This document shows positions 62,770-64,000 of a stretch of 64,000 nucleotides of DNA, piece by piece. Source of the DNA: an uncultured Christensenellaceae bacterium (GTDB lineage Bacteria > Bacillota > Clostridia > Christensenellales > Borkfalkiaceae); the NCBI GenBank assembly GCA_910587005.1, contig CAJULB010000003.1:103725-167724 (forward strand), read 5' to 3'. Every line of letters begins with the position of its first letter. The first letter of the stretch is position 1. Made by a program: the position numbers and the translations under genes. The notes below the pieces were generated by a model. The model saw nothing but the letters and a program-made list of their open reading frames with translations, searched no databases and was not told the origin of the DNA.

Positions 62770-63787
62770 CGTTTCAAAGACGGTTGTTTCAACCCGCGTG
62801 CGCCTTGCAAGGAATTTAGAGGGCTATCCGTTTCCTTCGCACTTAAAGGACGAAAAGCAGGCAAAGGAAATTATCCGCCTTGTATCCTCGGGGCTTTCGC
62901 GCGTGGACGGCTTCACCCGGCCCGACGAGTTCAAGCTTTATTATATGGACGGAATTTCCGAAGAGGAAGCGCTTTCCTTAAAGGAAAACCACCTTATAAG
63001 CCCTAATTTAATTAAAAACCGAAGATATTCCGCCGCGCTTATCAACAGCGACAAAAGCATATCCATAATGATAAACGAGGAAGACCACCTGCGCGAACAG
63101 TGCATAGTAAACGGGCTTGAACTCCGCCCCGCATACGAGGCAATGTCCAAAATAGACGCAAGAATTTCGTCCTCTATGAAGTTTGCTTTCGACGAGCAGT
63201 TCGGCTATTTAACCGCCTGCCCCACAAACCTCGGCACGGGGCTTCGCGCTTCGGTAATGTTCTTTCTGCCTGCGCTGACTATAAACGGAATTATGCCAAA
63301 AATAATACGCAGTATTTCCCGTCTTGGACTAACCGTGCGCGGTATATACGGCGAGGGAAGCGAGGCGGAAGGGTATATGTACCAGATAAGCAACGAGGTC
63401 ACTCTCGGTGTTTCCGAGGAGGAAATTTTATCCTCCGTGGAGGACGTGGTCAAAAAGGTCTGCGCGCTTGAAGAGAACGAGCGCAACGTTTTAAAGGGGG
63501 GAGCGTCTTCGCTGGAATTGCGCGATAACTGTATGCGCTCTTACGGCATACTTACCAACTGCGCAAAGCTGTCCACAAGCGAGCTTATCAAGCTTGCGGC
63601 AAACGTAAAGCTGGGCGCGTGCCTCGGCTGGATAAAGCTTGACGACGTTTCGCTTATAGACGATTTAACCGTTAAAATGCGCCCGTCAAACATTACCGCG
63701 GCGGCGCAAAGACAGCTTACGCCTGTTGAGCGCGACGTTTACCGCGCGGAAGCGGTAGGCAAATATTTAAAAAAGATAATAACCTAA
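62756..63787 (+). CDS. mcsB: Protein arginine kinase McsB (ATP:guanido phosphotransferase)
   Basis: 'STRVRLARNLEGYPFP', 'NEEDHLR' and 'CPTNLGTGLRASV'. The ATG at 62756 overlaps the mcsA end. The track ORF start at 62531 lies inside mcsA. Confidence 0.9.
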   Translation: MATDNVSKTVVSTRVRLARNLEGYPFPSHLKDEKQAKEIIRLVSSGLSRVDGFTRPDEFKLYYMDGISEEEALSLKENHLISPNLIKNRRYSAALINSDKSISIMINEEDHLREQCIVNGLELRPAYEAMSKIDARISSSMKFAFDEQFGYLTACPTNLGTGLRASVMFFLPALTINGIMPKIIRSISRLGLTVRGIYGEGSEAEGYMYQISNEVTLGVSEEEILSSVEDVVKKVCALEENERNVLKGGASSLELRDNCMRSYGILTNCAKLSTSELIKLAANVKLGACLGWIKLDDVSLIDDLTVKMRPSNITAAAQRQLTPVERDVYRAEAVGKYLKKIIT

Positions 63788-63903
63788 AACACATATTTAT
63801 AAAGCGTCATGCTGAGGCTTGCCGAAGCATCTGATTGCCTTATGGCTTAACCCAAAAATACGCAAAACTCAACCATATTACGGGGGTAATTTAAAAACAG
63901 ACT

Positions 63904-64000
63904 ATGAATTTCAATAAATTTACCGATAATTTACAGCAAGTAATTTCTGTCGCGGAAGAAGCGGCGAAAATTTACGGAAGCAGCTATATAGGCAGCGAGC
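63904..64000 (+). CDS. clpC: ClpC-type AAA+ chaperone, first 32 codons (3' end lies outside the window)
   Basis: 'MNFNKFTDNLQQVISVAEEAAKIYGSSYIGSE' matches the Clp N-domain repeat start. It occupies the canonical position after mcsB. Confidence 0.7.
   Translation, partial: MNFNKFTDNLQQVISVAEEAAKIYGSSYIGSE

Overview
Chromosomal window from a Firmicutes/Clostridia-like bacterium, judged from gene content (smc-ftsY, rubrerythrin, mcsA-mcsB-clpC, GGGtGRT protein) and use of the standard genetic code. Layout: (1) smc (5'-truncated by the window edge) and ftsY. (2) Rubrerythrin with a translationally coupled micro-ORF. (3) An AraC-controlled Leloir locus: galT-galK-galE-acetyltransferase-galM-GH2. 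(4) A decayed spot holding an ABC-ATPase C-terminal remnant, an orphan Phd/YefM-like antitoxin and a cytidylate-kinase-like gene. (5) A complete diversity-generating retroelement (DGR), the main finding. It consists of a reverse transcriptase, an Avd-like four-helix-bundle protein, and an unusual tandem array of three 122-bp template repeats. These are followed by a DUF559 gene bracketed by G-rich direct repeats, then a 3512-aa membrane-anchored Ig/MBG-repeat surface protein. The N-terminal 'WLRS...VRPAL' module of that protein carries the variable repeat, which differs from TR1 only at TR adenines. A 27-bp inverted-repeat pair brackets the target gene's best promoter match, so it may be an invertible switch or an operator pair. 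(6) A MORN/SGNH esterase gene. (7) A co-directional glycan-utilisation cluster of about 29 kb. It encodes AraC, a membrane protein, GH42, GH3, two solute-binding lipoproteins, GH97, two permeases, an insertion-bearing MalK-like ATPase, a novel Cys/His-module lipoprotein, GH31-PA14, an unknown 586-aa protein, GH78 and rhaB-rhaA-rhaD-fucO. (8) A divergent GGGtGRT/NifU-like pair. (9) mcsA-mcsB and the start of clpC. All functional calls come from motif recognition by eye; no database search was run.
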